64,000 bases of DNA, from NCBI GenBank assembly GCA_009914755.4, contig CP068257.2:33536001-33600000 (forward strand). The letters run 5' to 3'. This document shows, piece after piece, positions 41,071 through 53,612 of this stretch. Origin of the DNA: the human T2T-CHM13v2.0 reference genome, Homo sapiens. The position numbers and the translations under genes are program-made. A model generated the notes under the pieces. It did not search any database. It was not told where the DNA came from and saw only the letters and a list, made by a program, of their open reading frames with translations. Numbering within the stretch: position 1 is the stretch's first letter; each line of letters begins with the position of its first letter.

Positions 41071-42765
41071 CCATCTTACCTACAGGTCTTCAAAACAGCA
41101 ATATATATTTCCTATATGCACTTTACTTTTTTCTCATTTCTTCCTTGGTCCTTTGCAATCTGACTTTCATCATAGTACCCAATTATAATAGTTTTCTCAG
41201 TAGGAAATCAATAATATTTTTACTGAAGATTCTAATAAAAAGTTCATTTTTTAATTTCCATGTCTCTTGGTGTCCTAGCCTCTTTTGAAAAGAGACTGGA
41301 CAGACACGCCCCAAGCCAGATGGAAGTCCCGGTATGGCAAACTAAAGAGCTTGGACTTTTCCAGCCAAATTTTGAAGAGATCTTGAAAGTTTATTCTCAT
41401 GAAGCTTTTTACCTTTTTTGCTTCTGTGATTTTGCGCTCTCATGGCTCTCCTTTCACCCTTCCTAGCTCTTTCTCAGACACATTTTCTCCTGCTCATCAG
41501 TGAAATGTTTTTGCTCAGAAGTCTATCCTCAGCTTGCTATCTTCTCACCCCACCTGGTTATTTCCTGGGTGATGCTGTCCACGCCCATGCTTTCCAATGC
41601 CTGGTATAGGGCATAGATTCCAATGTGGACAACTTTCATGCTGGCCTCCACCACAGCACGCTTCAGATGCACATATCCAGCTGTTTATTGCACACCATAC
41701 AACCCACAGGTATTTCATACTTTCTCTGTACTACACAGAACTCAAAATCTTTCCTACAAATTTCTGTCTTCCTATCTGTTCCCTATCAATTCACTCATAT
41801 AATTTAGAGAAATGGAACTTGCAGGCATCATTGTGCCTTTGCCCTTAACCAGTCACACTACAACTTCTTTTTACTTTATTCCAAGTTATTTCTTGATTTT
41901 TCCTATCTCCACCTCCTCTCCACCTCTCATGCATTTCTACTCTGGCTTCTGCAGGCCCCTAGTCATTTCTTGCCTTGATTAAGTGCAAGAGCCTCTAATC
42001 ATTCTTTCCACCATCAACAGTGTTCTCCTGAAAGCCATTCCCTGGAGTCACCAGAATTATCTGGTACCAAATCAAACCAAAACATGGCACGTCCCTTGAA
42101 TGAACCCTTCAGTGGCTGCTATCACCTCCAAAGCAAAGCCCAAGTGCCTTAGCAAGAACTTTGGTCACCTCCCCAGGAAATACTCTCACTCCTCCTGACT
42201 CATGCATGCTGTCAATATGGAACTCCTAAAGTTCTCAAGGATGCCCTGCCTGGAAGGCTTCCAAACCCACTTTGTCACAGTTCTCCTTGAAGGGTCTGTG
42301 ATTCAGCTCAGGGACTATCTCTTTCTGATTCCTCTTATGACACCTTAGGCTAGCCTAAGCCCTCTCCCTTCTATATGAATAAAACCTTATACCTGCACCT
42401 ATTATTTCATTTACTTTATAATGCATGCATTTTTGTGTAATATACATATATATATGTATATGCACATATATGTATTTATGTATATCTATATACCTCTATC
42501 TAATCTATCATCTATCTCTCTAGTCATTGCACTTGCTTTACAATGATTCACATGAGTTTGTCTAACCCTACTCATCTACGGACAACTTAAATCCAGTAAT
42601 GAACTTGTTCAGTCACCTATGAATCTCCAGTGACTACTGTGGTACATGGACTAAACAAAGTCTGTATTCTATCAATACTTTTGGAAGGAAATTATGAAGA
42701 AATACAGTTCCATCTCTCCCACAAACAGATCAGAATGTACGGAATAATAACTGGCTTGCATAATT

Positions 42766-43175
42766 TGGATATCTGTCCCCTCTAAGCCTCATGTTGAAAT
42801 TTGATCCCTGTTGTTAGATGTGGGGTCTAGTAGGAGGTGTTTGGGTTATGGAGGTGGGTCCCTCATGAATGGCTTGGTGCTGTCCTTGCAGTAGTGAGTG
42901 AGTGTTCACTCTATTTGTTCCCTCAAGAGTTCACCCCCTAGCCGGTTGTTAAAAGACCTTGGCACCTCCCTCCCCTCTCTCTTGCTTCTTCTCTCACCAT
43001 GTGACTTGCACAAGCCTGCTCCTCTTCACCTTCCCCAGTGAGTGGAAGATTCCTGAAGCTCTTATCAGAAGTAGATGTTGGTGTCATGCTTCTTGTACAG
43101 CCTGCAGAACTGTAAAACAAATAAACCTCTTTTCCTTATAAATTATGCAGCCTCCGTAAGTATTCGAGGAGAGCT
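42766..43175 (+). mobile_element. MaLR LTR (MST-like), sense
   Basis: atctgtcccctctaagcctcatgttgaaatttgatccctgttgttagatgtggggtctagtaggaggtgtttgggttatggaggtgggtccctcatgaatggcttggtgctgtccttgcagtagtgagtgagtgttcactct...agaccttggcacctccctcccctctctcttgc..tcaccatgtgacttgcac..cttcaccttccc...ctgaagctcttatcagaagtagatgttggtgtcatgcttcttgtacagcctgcagaactgtaaaacaaataaacctcttttccttataaattat. Confidence 0.65.
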
Positions 43176-45810
43176 TTCTATGTGCTCAGCGCTCTTCCAG
43201 CTGCTAGAGATACAGCAGAAAACAAGATACGAGAAGTCCAACTTAGCAGAGATCACATTCCAGGGTGCCAAGTATCCTGACAACATAAAAGTCAGCACAT
43301 AAATGAACAAAAGGACTTCTGACAGGGCTAAGTCATTCAATTAATTTTAGAAATATTTATTGAACTCCTGTGTAAGGGTCAGATACTCTTCTGGGTCCAG
43401 AGCGTAGAGAAAGTAACAAAACAAATATCCCTTCCAACATGGAACATACAGATGAAATTCAAAAGGGGCTGGACAATGGTAGAGAGTGACTTGGTATAGG
43501 AGCTACATTCAATAGTACGGCCAGCTAGGGCTTCTTTAGGAGACACTGTTTGTGTTCAAGTTTGAATGATAAAATCAGCAAAGCACAGAGCTGGGATTGA
43601 GAGGGTGGAATATTCCAAGATAGGGAAAGATGATGAGCTTGGTGTACACTGTACAGTAAATATAGCAGTCCTGAGACTGCTAGCCTGATGAACACCTACT
43701 TGCAAGGTTGGTCCCTGGTTCACATCTGAAAATTGGGATTTCAGTAATGTTTCCACCACTAGAGAGTGGCTTAATTAATTGATAAGCTTTAACTAATTGA
43801 TAAAGTTGGTTTACCATACCTGAAGTGTTTATAAACACAATGGGACTTATGCTGAACACCTGCTTTTCTTGGAGAGTCTGGAATGTTGGTGTGTGTTAGG
43901 GGAAGAGTGCCTATGTGATAAGCCCCAAATAAAAACTCTGGATACTGAATCTCTAACAAGCTTCCCTGGTAGACAACATGTGTCACAATTCAATGCTAAA
44001 GGAATTAAGCATGTCCTGTACGACTGCGCTGGGAGAGAGGACTCATAGAAGCTGGTTTCTTGTTTCCTCTGGACTTGAACTCATGTGCCTTTTCACTTTG
44101 ATCATCTCCTTTGGTATCTTTTCATTATAATACACTGTAGCTGTGAATATGACCATATGCTGAGTCCTGTAAGTCTTTCTAGTGAGTCATTGAATCTGAG
44201 AATGGCTGTGGGGATCCCTAACACATCGTGCATACTTACTTCGTGTAATTCATGTCATATATTTGAAGAAAGGGGTTAGTATGAACAAAAGAGTTGGGTT
44301 TAGTGCTAAAGACAGACAAAAACAAGGGATGTGTTTTGCAGGAAAGACCAGCTTAAGAGAATCAACACCAATAAGGCTGCATGGTAATAAAACCTTTGGC
44401 AGGTTTCATTCAACTGCTTTGACTCTTTTTTGGTCCTTTTATGGTTTTCTCATCATACCATTCTTTCTAAGTAACTCCAAGACTTTAGGCATTTAAGTTA
44501 TTCCTGGATATTGGCCTAAGCCTTTATCTTCTTAAAATGGTTCTTCCACGTTTACAACCATTACAATTCACCAAACATAAATTAACTGTCTTTGAGACTC
44601 CTCAAGATTACATTACTCCATCATTCAATGAATAGTTATTGAGTACAGATATTTTATTGCAACCCTAAGTACTAAGGTAGCCATTGCTGATTCAAAGATG
44701 ACTAAGACAAATCCATCTCTATTCTCAAGGAACTTGCTCAAGGGAAGAAAAGTGCCAAAGAAAAACAGGCAAAAGGGCTTTGTTCGGATGGCAGTTTTGC
44801 AATTGCATATAAGTTTTCAGGGCCTTCTGGCCATCCAAAGCCACATGTCCTATGCCACAGCCATGCTCCCAACAGGTGAACATAGAAAACTGTAGGTGAG
44901 TCAGCATATGGAAAATGCAGGGGATTCCTGAAATAGTACTGAGTCATTAATCACTGATATCCTGGCTCAGTTCACGAAGCAACTGGGAGTAAATAAGCAA
45001 AGAAAGTGAACTAATGCTTAGAAGATGGAAATACCCCTGGGGACATTTGTTGAGTCAGTATAAGAACGTGGAAAACTTCAACAGTCATAGATTCAAATGG
45101 AATGAAATAAGAGGAGAAGAACATTCCCCAACAGCTTGATCTCTCATCAAAAATTGCTGGCAAGCACCACTCTTCTGAATTCTCTACTTTGGGAATTGGA
45201 GGAAGGAAGAAAAGAAAGGAATAAAATGTTGTTCTGATCTCAGCGGATTCTAAATTTATGTGATGTGACAACACATAGTACACAAACACATAGCTAGTGT
45301 TTGATGTGTGATGTTGAATTGACTTATACAAGGCAAATTATAATACAAAGGAAAAATAACATAGAAGAAAACAACCTGGAGAAACTGATGGGAGGGAAGA
45401 TAGGCTTTGGAAGGGGTAAATTAATTAACTCAAAATAAGATAGTTTAAAAAAACAAACAAACTACAAATGGGGATTCATATGTACGGGTTGTTTCAAAAT
45501 ATTGAGTCTTGCCAAAGTTGCCTTGAGAGAAAAGTGAAAGTGACACTAGATATTGATATGTTTGGTTTAGTGGTACTTCCCACTAAATTTGGAGCTTCTC
45601 AAATATTATAAAGTGAATTTCTGATAGCCAGTTGCTTCACTGATTTCCATTGCAAAATCAAGGATGTGTTTTTTTCTTTTTTTAGGAAACAAAGATTTCA
45701 CTTACATGTAAAAGATATATTTAAGAACATAGTAAACTTCTAAAAGCACAGCTTAAAGAAAAAGAACCACCCACAACAAAACACTTTTTTCAAAATATCA
45801 ACAGTCATAG

Positions 45811-45811
<1 letters not shown>

Positions 45812-45846
<35 letters not shown>
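45812..45846. repeat. (CA)n microsatellite, about 17 units
   Basis: Direct read. Confidence 0.95.
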
Positions 45847-45849
<3 letters not shown>

Positions 45850-46644
45850 GTATCATACAAATGTTGAATTGGTTTACAGTTGTTTGTACATTTCAGCTAA
45901 AGACCTAAATGTAGAAAATTGACCAAGTCATTTCATGAAACTCAGTGACCTTCATGTTCAGCATGGTACTTTCCCATTTTTTCTACTTTCTTCACTTAAG
46001 AACTTATTCCTACATATCTCTTTTAGCACATGTACACATTTCAGCATCCCTGATGTGAAGAGAGAGGGTCGAACACCCCAAGGACTGTGAAACTAACAAT
46101 CATTGACTGCATCCTCCTATTCAGTATTGTGCTAAGCACTAGACGGTCTGATGACATTTAATTCATAAATGCAGTGCACAATGGGTGTTCTTATTCTCAT
46201 GTTACAGTAAAGGCTGAAATGTCCATACTCTCTTTTGCTCCAAACAACAGGCTCTGAGAAGGCTCATCCACCGATAATGCCACATGCAAGGCTCGTCCCA
46301 TCAGCATTTGCCAGTCCAGTCCAGGGCGGGCTGCCAGGCCTGCCATTGTCTAGGGCTATTGGATCTCAGTGTTTGGGAGGACGCTTCATCCAGCCACACC
46401 AAATGCATGACTTTGAGGGACACCACCCCTCTTCAAAAACTGGAAGCAACTCAGCAACCTAACCAGCAATTTCACACAAACCAGGTCAGGGAGATGATAG
46501 CTTGTCCATGGGTTTACTTATGAAAGCTGCTCAGCAAATTTATTGTAGCTGGGTAGTAATGCAGGTTTGGTGACTCTTCAATGCCACATCTGCCCCTAAA
46601 GGAGTTCCAGGAATTCTGATGGAAATTCACTGAGTTTTACTTCT

Positions 46645-47095
46645 GTGCACATTCTGTCACCCAGGCTGGAGTGCAGTGATGAAATCAAAGCTTACTGTAG
46701 CCTCAACTTCCGAGGTTCAAGCAATCATCCTGGCTCAACCTTCTGAGTAGTTGGGACTATAGGTGCATGCCACTATGCCAAAATAATTTTTTAATTTTTT
46801 TGCAGATATGGGGTCTCACTGTGTTGCCCAGATTGGAGTGCAGTGCCACGATCATAGCTCACTGCAGCACTGACCTCCAGGGCTCAAGCAATCCTTTTGC
46901 CTCAGCTTCTGAGTAGCTGGGACTACAGCTGTGCACCACCATGCCTTCTAACATTTTTAATATTTTTTGTAGAGGTGGGGTCTAATTATGTTGCCCAGAT
47001 TCATCTCAAACTTCTGGGTTTAAGCGATCCTCCTGCCTCAGCCTCCCCAAGGGCTGGGATTACAGATTTGAACCACCATACCCAGCCCTTTACAG
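46645..47095 (-). mobile_element. Two adjacent old Alu copies (AluJ-like), antisense: a partial copy at about 46645-46795 and a near full-length copy at about 46800-47095
   Basis: gtcacccaggctggagtgcagtgatgaaatcaaagcttactgtagcctcaacttccgaggttcaagcaatcatcctggctcaaccttctgagtagttgggactataggtgcatgccactatgcc... then tttttttgcagatatggggtctcactgtgttgcccagattggagtgcagtgccacgatcatagctcactgcagcactgacctccagggctcaagcaatccttttgcctcagcttctgagtagctgggactacagctgtgcaccaccatgcc...gtagaggtggggtctaattatgttgcccagattcatctcaaacttctgggtttaagcgatcctcctgcctcagcctccccaagggctgggattacagatttgaaccaccatacccagccc. Confidence 0.8.
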
Positions 47096-48989
47096 GTTCT
47101 TTAGCTTCTCCTGTGGATGCCAGTCCACAGGGACAGAATGCAGTACTCAAAGCTGAGAAGACAAGTTTTGCGCTTGCACAGGATTCCCCGTTAAAGCAAA
47201 TAACAATAATGTGAAGTGAAATGCTGTCTTTCAAAAAGTTATTTGCTCTTCACAGATTTTTTTTTCAGTGAATCCTTCCCATTTCTTTTACATAAGACAT
47301 TTCCCAAGTCTCATCACCTTTCTTAGGCCACAGGTAATTCAGAAAGCTATAGATTTAATAATTAATAGGATTCTACCAGACCATTTCTTTCCTTACATTT
47401 TCAATCAATCAGTCATTAGCTATTGAGCATCTATGATATCTTTCACCCTCCTTGGAATAAAAGCATTATTTTTTAAAAGTTTTCTTGGCTTCACTGACGC
47501 ATGTTCCTATCCTTTCTCCATGAATAACACTTGTTTGCTCAAGCCAGACACCTGAGGGAATCCTACCTGCCCACTCTCCCTATGTCCCCTCCAATCTGCC
47601 ATCCAGTTCTGCCAGCTGTTCCCAGTTCTCTCACTCTCTGGGTCTGGCCCTCATGCAGCTAGCTCAAATCATTGAAAGGACTCCATGACGGTCCACCGTG
47701 AACAATGCCTCTAGAACAGGAAAATATGATCACATCTTCCCTTGCTTAGGATTTTTCAAGTTTCTTCTGACCAAAGAATGAGCTCACCTTTCTTGCCTGC
47801 CGGAGGAGGCTATGCAGTCATTTATTCAGTTCAACCTGTTTTTATTGAGCACTTACTGTGTGCCAGGCATTGATTTAGGTGCTAAGGAAATAGCAGTGAA
47901 CAGAATCCCTGTTCTGGTAGAGCTTCCATTCTACTGAGAGGAGACAGATAATAAACAAAATAACTCATGCATGTGTGTGTGTTTGTATGACATGCACACA
48001 CATGTATATGTACATTTGTATACATACATGTATATTTATACTTATTTTTAGAAGGTGACTTGTGTACAAGGTGACAAAGAAAAACAAAGCAGGGCAGGAT
48101 TCTAGGGAATGCTGGAGGAGGGGTTCATTTTACATAGGGTAGTCAGGGAAGAAATCAGTAAGAAAGTGACATTCTGACAAAGATGTGAGTTAGTCCCTGC
48201 TTGTTTGTGCAACATCTTTTTTTACCGCCTCTCTGCCTTGCATATTCTGTTTCACAATATTGAACTCTTAGCTGTCTCAAACCTACCAGTCCTTCAGCCT
48301 CCAGGCCTCTGCACGCATGGTTGATTGGCCCCAGGTTGCCTGTTCTCTGCAAAGGTGGACTCTTAGTTGTCTTTTTTGTCTCTGCCCCTCTTCTCTTCCT
48401 GGGATTCTCTAGGCAGGCTCAAGACCCTCCCTCTGGGCTTTGACTTTGCCTGGAACAAACCTGCTAGAGTGACTATCAACTCATATCATAGTTCTTCTCT
48501 TTCCCTCTCTAAATACCTATATGCAGACATAGACATGTCCATATGTAACATATAACACATGTTATTCACTGAGTTTTTACTGGGGTAAGTATATTTTTAA
48601 AATACATGTGTATATGTTCTGTATTCTCCATTACTTTTTGAAACAACCTAATAAGGTAGAATTATCCCCATTTCACAAGTGAGAAAATTCACTTACCCAA
48701 TCCCTTTCCACTAATGGGGCTGGGCTTGAGCTGAAAGTTATCTGACACCACAGCCTTGGTCTGCCCACAATGCCCATAGCTTTCTCCCCAGAGCCTAAGC
48801 TCCCTTAGAGTACATTCTATAGCTTTGAGTTTTTGTGTCTTGCACCTAGCACAGTGTTCAGTACAGAGTAATTGCTCCCTAAATATTTATTGAACAAATA
48901 CATTTTAATACTATTCATTCATTCATTATTAATGATGTGCAAAATTTCTATGTCTAGCTTCCTAAGTGTGTCTCCATAGGCCCAATCTT

Positions 48990-49250
48990 TCAATAGCAAT
49001 AATAGCAATATTTTCATAGCACTTACCATGTACCAGGTACTGTTATAAGTACAAATATCAACTTTTTTGATCCTCACAACCCAATGAGGTAGGTACCACT
49101 TTTTTCTCCATTTTACAGAGGGAAAAACCAAGGCTTCAAGTAGTTAGTTCAATTTTTGAAGCTCACACAGCTAGCAAGTGACAGAACTGGGGTTTGAACT
49201 CAGGTGTCTTGGCTCCAGAGAGCCTCTGTTCCCCAAGACTGCATGACACT
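48990..49250 (-). mobile_element. MIR SINE relic, antisense, with a second MIR 3' piece just upstream at about 48838-48900
   Basis: cacttaccatgtaccaggtactgttataagtac...ttgatcctcacaacccaatgaggtaggtaccacttttttctccattttacagagggaaaaaccaaggcttcaagtagttagttcaatttttgaagctcacacagctagcaagtgacagaactggggtttgaactcaggtgtcttggctccagagagcc is the reverse complement of the MIR consensus. At 48838-48900, gcacctagcacagtgttcagtacagagtaattgctccctaaatatttattgaac is an MIR tail. Confidence 0.6.
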
Positions 49251-52200
49251 GCCTTCCTCAACCCTTCAGACTCAGGTTCCAGGCCCAGTGAATGATGTTC
49301 AGTGATGACTATGAACTGTTTTCTACCACTAAAAAGAGACATAATCAAGAACATCTACTTTGTATTGCTTAGTAGAGAAAAGCAACCTCTTAAATCCAGT
49401 ACTCTTAGTGACTAAGCTAATATTCAGAGGAAATTTGGCAACCTCCTTCTAACATACTGAAGGCAAAGGGTAATAAAAACATAAAAGGAAAAGTATCCAA
49501 AAAGAAAGTAGATAACTAGGTGTTTGAGAAAAACAAAAATAAAGAAGTTTTTGTTGTTGTTGTTTGTTTTTTTTAGATCAAGAAAATATTGGGAAACTGC
49601 TACTGAAAGAGGATTGATGTTGGCATAAAGGGAGAGATCTTCTGTATCTCAAAGGAAATTTGCCTTTTAATCCAAAGTCAAGAAAGCCCATAAACTTACC
49701 CTAGAATCAAGAAGGAATCAACTAAATTATATCAGAATTCTTAGATCCGAAGAAGGTCATTTTCAGTAAGTGGATACTTGCAGGCTTAAATGAAATGTGA
49801 AAAATTTTGAAGGAAAATGTGATCAGGAAGTCAAAGTAAGCTTTTGACACTGCCTGCCACTCCCCACTCCCCACAGACACCCTCCCCTCGAAAAGAAAAG
49901 GAATAATTTTTTCCACTGCTTCATGAAGGGGACAAAGTCCTTTGCGACTTCTTTGCCTTAGAATACTATTAATCTTTTGTTGTTGTGTTCCTTTAGAATA
50001 CTATTAATCTTATAAAACTGTGCCTCTGACCACAGGGTGGATTCCAGCATTAAACTACCAATGCTTTACAGAGAATCGTGAGAAACACTCAGGGAAGAGG
50101 TAATTCTACTCAAGGGTCATCCTTTTTCCTTGCCAATTTTTTTTTTCTTTATCAGCATTTGAAAGAAAACCAGATATTTTCTTTCCTGAAAGTTGATGAC
50201 TTCAGGTGGGGAACAAGCATCTGTGGCAGATGGACTCTTGAAACGCAGTGAAATATCCTGTCTTCCTATAAATGTTTATGGGAGCAGGAGAACTGAAGAA
50301 GAAAAACACAGCAAAATGTTGCATGACTCACAGTCCGAACTGCTTCTAAATAAAGCATTTCTCAGAGTTTCCCATGAGGTGATTTGAGTGATCAGGCAGC
50401 AGGGTCCCTGTGAGTGGAGCAAGCACATTTTTAAAATACAAAAAGGTATATCCAACAGTCACTCAGGAGAATCGTTCTGTTGTTTTCGATGTTTAAGAAA
50501 ATGTATGTCTAAGATGAGAGTATCAGATCATGTATATCATGTCCTGTTCCATATGTGGCCAGAGCGTCCCAGCAGTTCTTGGCTCGGCCACTTTGCAGAT
50601 GATGATCAGCAGGACGTTTCATATTGACTCACAGACTTTCCTCTAATAGAGCATCTCCAAGTGATGATAATTAAGTTTAATTTTAGATCGTGTGTGCTGG
50701 ACCTGGGAATGTTTTTAAAGTGGTAGCAAGCTCCATTGACTTTGGCAGTTGAGTTTTGAAAGGAAGGTCTTATGTCTTAGACTACCTCCATACTGTTCAG
50801 TCCCTTTATACTCCAGAAAATTATGAATTTGGAATCAACTGGGGAGAAATCCTTCGTCAGACTACTGTGCAAACGGTAGACACTCCTGCCCTTGACTGTC
50901 AGCCTCGCAGATGGAAACGTGGCCACCCTTCTTCATATTCAAGGCTCTCTGACTAGAAAGTCAGAAAGTGGCTACAGCCCTTCCAGCCAAGCTAGAGGAG
51001 TGGAAAAGTAAAGTCTAGAGGGCTTGAGCTTGTCAGGAACCACGGTTAGAACAATTCCTAGATTCTCTATGCAGCTTACCAGTGACGGTCTTCTATGACC
51101 TCATAACAGATTGGCAAAATTACATTAGGTGACTCAACCATTTCTGGGTACTGGTATTGAGTAGCGGTATAAAGACGAAATGATTGTATCAGGGAATAAT
51201 TACTACCTAGAACGTGTTCAACTCTCTATATGTGCAGCAGACATGTGGTCAAATGAGCTGACTTGTTCTGGGTCATCAGATTTAAAAACTACAGGATACC
51301 CACTTAAATATAAATTTTAGATAAACATGAATACATTTTTAGCATACATGTACTCCATGTAATATTTTATCATTCATTGTTTACCTGAACATTAAACAAA
51401 ATTAGTTGCTTCTCCGAAATTTCAATTTAACTGGACATCTGTATTTTAAATGGCAAGCTTCTAAGATGCACGAGCTTTTCTGAGCTACTATTTTATCAAA
51501 ACACATTCTGAATGTTTTCCTGCAAGAACTGGGGAATCTAGAGAAAATGCATCAAAAATAATTTAACATTAGCAAGAAAACGGCCACTTTGGAAGGGCTT
51601 GTCTCAGTCACTGACACATACTGTAAACCTGTACCCCCGGAAAACCAGCAGGAGAGAAAAGTAAAAGCAACATGATGGTTGAGTGGATCCTATTGTGACC
51701 TAACACTTCCACCCAGACAGAATCCGAGTTCCCTGCCCGTAATTTTGAGCTTCAGGTTCCAGTTTCCTCTTTTTCTTTACTAGGTTTCGCTGCCTCCTGT
51801 AGGGGGAAATAAGGGAAAAGAGATAACGAAAGAAAGAAAGAAAAAAAAAAGGGCCGGCAATTTCATGTACATTTGTTTTGGCATTCGCTGAATTCTAGAG
51901 ATGAAAACAATCTCCTGCTTTTAATTCAGTCCACGTGCAACAAAGTTGTACGTTGGGAGATCTGGCTTTTAATAAGAACGATTAACAAGCGTTTTTGATC
52001 ACAGGAAGTTGAGAAGAGTCGCTGCTTCTAAGAATACAATAAACATTGACTAGCAGTTAGACGGTCCATCTTTCTCTATCAGCCGTTTAGCAGCCTCTAC
52101 TTTGATTTGGGGCAAATGCGAGATGGGACCAGGAGAGAGCTCCCCACACCCCCACCACCACGTGGGCAGTGGTTCTGTTCCAGAGCGCCTTCCTTCCTGT

Positions 52201-52449
52201 CCAGGGAGGCAGGCTGCTGAGGCCGTTTCTGGGCAAGAGGCCATTGTCGGGATATTTGCTTTAGATAGCTTGCAGCTGGGCTGAGTGGGTGTTTCATTCA
52301 GACTCAACACAGGCAGCTCCCACCGTCTCTACTGTTTCAGGCTAGTGGAAGCTAGGGGCCTTTTGATTTATAAAGAGCTCTCTGTGCCTCCAGTTACATT
52401 TTAGGAAGCAAAGCCGTGATAAATGAAGCTCTGGCTGCTGATCTCCTGG

Positions 52450-52451
<2 letters not shown>

Positions 52452-52500
<49 letters not shown>
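52452..52500. repeat. (AC)n microsatellite, about 24 units
   Basis: Direct read. It is translated as (CV)n in the artifactual ORF 52401-52601 (-). Confidence 0.95.
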
Positions 52501-52503
<3 letters not shown>

Positions 52504-53394
52504 CCTACACACCTTTTCCCCTGTAGCACAGAGGCTTTCACCACCAGGAGATTTAACCCTGGCCTAGGGTAGCCACGTGGGCATCCGTGTTCATCCGACA
52601 TCCTCTTACATCAGAGCTTGCCCTGAATAGGGCAAAATCAAAGTGTGGAGCTTGTTGGTTTTTTATGTGGTATAGATATTCTTATATTTATCACATTTCC
52701 AATTTGAGGTCATCGACCACCATGGAAGGAACTGTGCTGGCATTTCTGGGCAAAGCCTAAAGTTGATTCTTCTTTTCCTACAGACAATTGTTTTCATGTG
52801 TGCTGGGAATGAATGCATTCTGAGGATGAGGGGTGGGGAATTCTACACGCAGGGAACTCAGGAGTCTTATTTTCTTTATTTTCTTATCCTGAGCTACAAA
52901 TGACTGCTTAATTGGGAGAGACTACAATTACAAGAGTTCACTGAGGGAAGCATGAAAACAAAGTGAACCAGAAAAATAGAAACCCAGACTTCTCAGTTCC
53001 TGTTTATCCTATTTTTAATCTCCACATCTCAGTTGCTCTCTTTCTTGCTTCTTTTGCCTTGCTGGAATTCATACACACACCTGGCTTTCCATTTGCCTTG
53101 GGGACAGTGAGGAGGTGGAGCCCAAGAGTGGGAGGGCCCTGCTGCCTGCCGGTGGGGAGAGCTGGTGTCCGCTGGAAGAGGCAGACCTACAGAAAGCTCG
53201 GCCGTGTCTAACTCAAAGGTGTTGGCAGCACATGAATGATGACTTCTCCTCTCTTAACTGCCTGGGCTAGGAGACTTTCGCATGTCCGGACAAGTGGGAA
53301 GAAGGAAGGTCGGGGAGGAGGTGACCATGAGATTGTGGACGAATGTTCAGACTGACCAAGGCCTGAAGAGGTCTGAACGCCTGTGTTCTTCAGC

Positions 53395-53612
53395 CCTCCT
53401 CCCCCTCCTCTCTCTGTGTCTCTGACTCTCTTCTCTCCCCTCCCCTCCCTCTGTCTCCTTCCTTCCTTCCTTTCTTTCCTTCCTTCCTCCCTCCTCCTCC
53501 TTCCTTCCTTCCCTCTTTCCCTTTCTCCCTCCCTCCTTCCTTCCTTCCTTCCCCTCCCTTCCTCCTTCCCTCCCTTCCTTCCTTCTGTCCTTCTTTCCTT
53601 CCTTCCTTCCAC
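53395..53612. repeat. About 218-bp polypyrimidine (plus strand) / polypurine tract, (TTCC)n/(CT)n/(CCCT)n compound repeat
   Basis: cctcctccccctcctctctctgtgtctctgactctcttctctcccctcccctccctctgtctccttccttccttcctttctttccttccttcctccctcctcctccttccttccttccctctttccctttctccctccctccttccttccttccttcccctcccttcctccttccctcccttccttccttctgtccttctttccttccttccttcc. It is the source of ORFs 53208-53612 (-), 53347-53661 (-), 53390-53614 (-) and 53383-53622 (+), which are low-complexity translations. Confidence 0.95.

Noticed and set aside
52452-53612. The (AC)24 and 218-bp (TTCC)n regular repeats as possible CRISPR-like arrays
   Set aside because: The units are 2-4 bp with no unique spacers. They are ordinary microsatellite or polypyrimidine tracts.
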